A stretch of DNA of 64,000 nucleotides, taken from NCBI GenBank assembly GCA_963825055.1, contig CAWGSK010000008.1, positions 53,818 to 117,817 of the forward strand. The letters are read 5' to 3'. The DNA is from an uncultured Gemmatimonadales bacterium (GTDB taxonomy: Bacteria > Gemmatimonadota > Gemmatimonadetes > Gemmatimonadales > GWC2-71-9). Below, piece by piece: positions 61,217 to 64,000 of the stretch. Numbering within the stretch: the stretch's first letter is position 1; each line of letters begins with the position of its first letter. Position numbers and translations under genes: made by a program. The notes beneath the pieces are model-generated. The model was not told where the DNA came from and did no database searches. It worked only from the letters and a program-made list of their open reading frames with translations.

Positions 61217-62172
61217 GCGACCTGGTCCTGGCGGCGGACATCGGCGGAACTCATGCGCGCCTCGGGTTGGTGGACCTGAGCGGCGGCCGGCCGGAGGTGC
61301 AGCGGGAGCACACGTACAACAGCGACGCCTGGGCCGGCCTCGAGCCGCTGGTGGCTGATTTTCTCTCGGCGGGCGGGGAGGAGCCGGCGCGAGCCTGCTT
61401 CGCGGTCGCGGGTCCGGTGCAGGGCGGGCAGGTGCGCCTGTCCAACCTCGACTGGGTCATCCGGGTGGCGGGGCTCGACGAGCGCACCGGCATCAGCCGC
61501 GTCCGGGTGATCAATGACTTCAGTGCGGTCGGGTACGCCATCCGGCGGCTCGGTCCCGACGACTACGCCGAGCTGCGCGCCGGCGAGCCGGAAGCCGGGG
61601 GGGCCATTGCGCTCGTCGGCGCGGGGACCGGACTGGGGCAGGGGATCGTCGTGACCGTCGACGGAGAGGATCACGTACTGGCCTCCGAGGGAGGCCACGC
61701 GGACTTCGCGCCAGACACGCCGGAGGAGTGGGCACTCCTCCGTCACCTGGCCGGGCGCTTCGGCCATGTGTCCTGGGAGCGGGTGGTTTCCGGGCCGGGA
61801 CTGATGAACGTGTACCGTTTCCTGGCCGGGGAATCGAACAGCGACGGACGGCTGCTGGAGGATCCCGATCCCGCGAAGGCCATTTCCACCGCCGCCCTGG
61901 CAGGATCGGATGCGCTCGCCAGCCGCGCTTTGGACATCTTCGTCCATGCCCTGGGCCGCCAGGCGGGGAACCTGGCCCTGACGGTGGTGGCCACCGGCGG
62001 GATCTACTTTGCCGGCGGGATCGCGCCGCGCATCCTCGAGCGGCTGCGCAGGCCTGACTTCCTCGAAGCCATCACCGCCAAGGGGAGGCTGTCCCACCTG
62101 GTCGAATCCATGCGGGTCCGGGTCATTACCAACCCCGATGTGGGGCTGCTGGGGGCGGCGGTGGCCGCATGA
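61213..62172 (+). CDS. glk: Glucokinase (E. coli Glk type)
   Basis: 'ADIGGT', 'INDF', 'GAGTGLG', 'SEGGH', 'ERVVSG.GL', 'AGGIAP'. Confidence 0.92.
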   Translation: MSDLVLAADIGGTHARLGLVDLSGGRPEVQREHTYNSDAWAGLEPLVADFLSAGGEEPARACFAVAGPVQGGQVRLSNLDWVIRVAGLDERTGISRVRVINDFSAVGYAIRRLGPDDYAELRAGEPEAGGAIALVGAGTGLGQGIVVTVDGEDHVLASEGGHADFAPDTPEEWALLRHLAGRFGHVSWERVVSGPGLMNVYRFLAGESNSDGRLLEDPDPAKAISTAALAGSDALASRALDIFVHALGRQAGNLALTVVATGGIYFAGGIAPRILERLRRPDFLEAITAKGRLSHLVESMRVRVITNPDVGLLGAAVAA

Positions 62173-62189
62173 GTCCGGGCGTGGTTGCG

Positions 62190-62558
62190 CTAGCCCTCGC
62201 GGATCGGGATGACCGTACCCGCGGCCAGGTCGGCAAGCCGGGCCTGCCCCTGTGCCGCGCGTCCGGTTACTTCCATCCTGAGTCGGTCGATGTCCCGGAG
62301 CAGCGCGGCCACGTCCACGCGGTCAATCGAATCCGGGAGCGCCTCGAACTCGCGCCGGGCCTTGGCAAGCTGCGCCAGGACGCCGTGTGCGTTGTCGCGA
62401 AGCAGGTGGACGTACGCGCTGGCGTAAAGAATGAGCCCGTGCCGGAGTGGGTTGGGATCCTCGCGCCAGGATGCCTCGAGCCATTCGTGGCTTTCCCAGT
62501 ACCGGCCGCCCTCGAAGACCGCGCGGAACCGGGACAATTCCTCCGGCAGGATCAGCAT
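62190..62558 (-). CDS. DUF309-family protein
   Basis: 'F..GRYWESHEWLE..W', 'HGLI..A.AY.H'. Confidence 0.7.
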   Translation of the reverse strand: MLILPEELSRFRAVFEGGRYWESHEWLEASWREDPNPLRHGLILYASAYVHLLRDNAHGVLAQLAKARREFEALPDSIDRVDVAALLRDIDRLRMEVTGRAAQGQARLADLAAGTVIPIREG

Positions 62559-62593
62559 CTCAGGAGGGTGCCGTCGCGCGTGGAGGTGTCGCC

Positions 62594-63229
62594 ATGAATA
62601 CCGTGCTCCTCGTTGTCGTCGCGGTGTCGGGGCTGCTTGGCCTGATCTTCACCGTAGCAGGGATCGGTGCGTTGCGCCGGCGCCGCGCGCTCGGCGGCAT
62701 TGCCGGTGTCCTCCTCGGCTTCGTGTTCCTGGCGCTCGGCGGGGCCTGTCTCACCATGAGTGTGGCGATGCAGGGCTACCGCGCCTTTACGAGGGAAGAG
62801 ACGGCCGCCACGATCACCACGCGACCCACCGGCCCGAGGGAGTTCGAGGCACTCTTCCGCTTTGCGGACGGTGAAACCCGCGCCTTCGAGATCCGGGGTG
62901 ACCAGCTGTATGTCGATGCGCATATCGTGAAATGGCACTCCATTGCCAACCTTATCGGCATCCACACCGGGTACGAACTCGACCGGGTGGGAGGACGCTA
63001 CGAGAGCATCGAGGATGAACGCAACCTGCCGCGGTCGCTTTTCTCGCTCAAGGCGCGGAAGCCGGTTGACGCCTTCGCCCTGGCCCGCAAGTATACCTTT
63101 CTTGCCCCGCTGGTCGATGCCGAGTACGGCTCGGCGACGTTCACCGATGCGAGCCGCCCTGCCCAGTATGAGCTGAACGTCAGTACCACCGGCCTGCTGG
63201 TGCGGCGGATCGGGGGGACGGACAGGTAG
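62594..63229 (+). CDS. Membrane-anchored hypothetical protein
   Basis: Two N-terminal TM segments; RBS GGAGG; 'VDAEYGSATF', 'STTGLLVR'. Confidence 0.7.
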   Translation: MNTVLLVVVAVSGLLGLIFTVAGIGALRRRRALGGIAGVLLGFVFLALGGACLTMSVAMQGYRAFTREETAATITTRPTGPREFEALFRFADGETRAFEIRGDQLYVDAHIVKWHSIANLIGIHTGYELDRVGGRYESIEDERNLPRSLFSLKARKPVDAFALARKYTFLAPLVDAEYGSATFTDASRPAQYELNVSTTGLLVRRIGGTDR

Positions 63230-63308
63230 GGACAGGACGGACAGGGCGGACAGGACGGACAGGGCGGACAGCGGACGGACAAGACGGACAAGACGGACAA
63301 GACGGACG
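63215..63308 (+). repeat. Nonamer tandem repeat (GGACAGGAC/GGACAGGGC/GGACAAGAC)n
   Basis: About 9 units spanning and following the stop of 62594..63229; related to the 9-mer at 735-768 and 10161-10195. Confidence 0.85.
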
Positions 63309-63343
63309 CGACTAACACCAACGACTAACGTTTCCAGGTACCC

Positions 63344-64000
63344 ATGACCGACACCGTCAGCCCCATCGCATCCCGCGGCTACGCGCATCCGGAGGTGCTG
63401 GTTTCCACCGACTGGGTTGCGGATCACCTCAAGGACCCCGATATCCGGATCATGGAATCGGACGAGGACCTGCTCCTCTACGAAACCGGACACATCCCGG
63501 GTGCCGCCAAGATCGACTGGGTCAACGACCTCAATGACCCGGTGCGCCGGGATTACGTGGACAGTGACCGCCTTCAGGCGCTTCTCCGCTCACGCGGGAT
63601 CGACCGGGACACGACCATCGTGCTCTACGGCGACCGGAACAACTGGTGGGCTGCCTATGCCTTCTGGGTCTTCCGGCTGTTCGGCCTCGAGAACATGAAG
63701 CTGATGGATGGCGGGCGCCAGCGCTGGCAGGAGGAAGGCCGGCCGCTCGTCCGGGAGGAGCCCGCGTTCTCCGAGGGCGACATCGTGGTGGGCGCGCGGA
63801 ACGATGCCGCGATCCGCGCCTTCCGTGACGAGGTGCTGGAGCACGTGAAGCAGGATCTCCCGCTGGTCGACGTCCGGAGTCCTGAAGAGTTCCGCGGCGA
63901 GCGGATGCACATGCCGGACTACCCGAACGAGGGGGCACTCCGGGGCGGACACATTCCCGGGGCGCGGAACATCCCGTGGGCCAGGGCAGTCTCGCCGGAA
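63344..64000 (+). CDS. Thiosulfate/3-mercaptopyruvate sulfurtransferase (tandem rhodanese, SseA-like), truncated at the window end
   Basis: Read from the sequence: '[13 protein letters not shown]', 'GHIPGA', 'YGDRNNWWA', 'DVRSPEEF.G', 'GGHIPGA'. Confidence 0.88.
   Translation, partial: MTDTVSPIASRGYAHPEVLVSTDWVADHLKDPDIRIMESDEDLLLYETGHIPGAAKIDWVNDLNDPVRRDYVDSDRLQALLRSRGIDRDTTIVLYGDRNNWWAAYAFWVFRLFGLENMKLMDGGRQRWQEEGRPLVREEPAFSEGDIVVGARNDAAIRAFRDEVLEHVKQDLPLVDVRSPEEFRGERMHMPDYPNEGALRGGHIPGARNIPWARAVSPE

Overview
GC-rich bacterial chromosome segment; gene content and order (DUF58-BatA-mfd-two SurA/PpiC-pdxA, pilin-head-like domain) suggest Gemmatimonadota (inference). The left half (1-29.6 kb) is mostly housekeeping: waaF-ROK-PfkB-HATPase-STAS-like operon, lepA, hybrid kinase, M28 peptidase, mfd, pdxA, CorC-like and CDF transporters, typA, tRNA-Ile(GAT). 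The right half is accessory-type: ACR3, MarR/CatE, OsmC, ArsR-TolC/RND-DUF2892, putative metal-handling genes, secreted metalloproteases, GH15-zwf-glk and a truncated sulfurtransferase. The most striking structure is a small DUF559 (PD-(D/E)XK/Vsr-like) endonuclease gene at 10560-10949. It sits between two inward-facing arrays (4 + 6 copies) of a ~42-bp hairpin repeat with variable spacers, an architecture like REP/RAYT but with no transposase or cas genes in the window. Many intergenic regions carry inverted arrays of 7-, 8- or 9-nt tandem repeats abutting stop codons. Three genes (BatA-like, mfd, S41/TPR) have single-base frameshifts that may be assembly errors. All product calls come from motif recognition by eye; no database searches were run.
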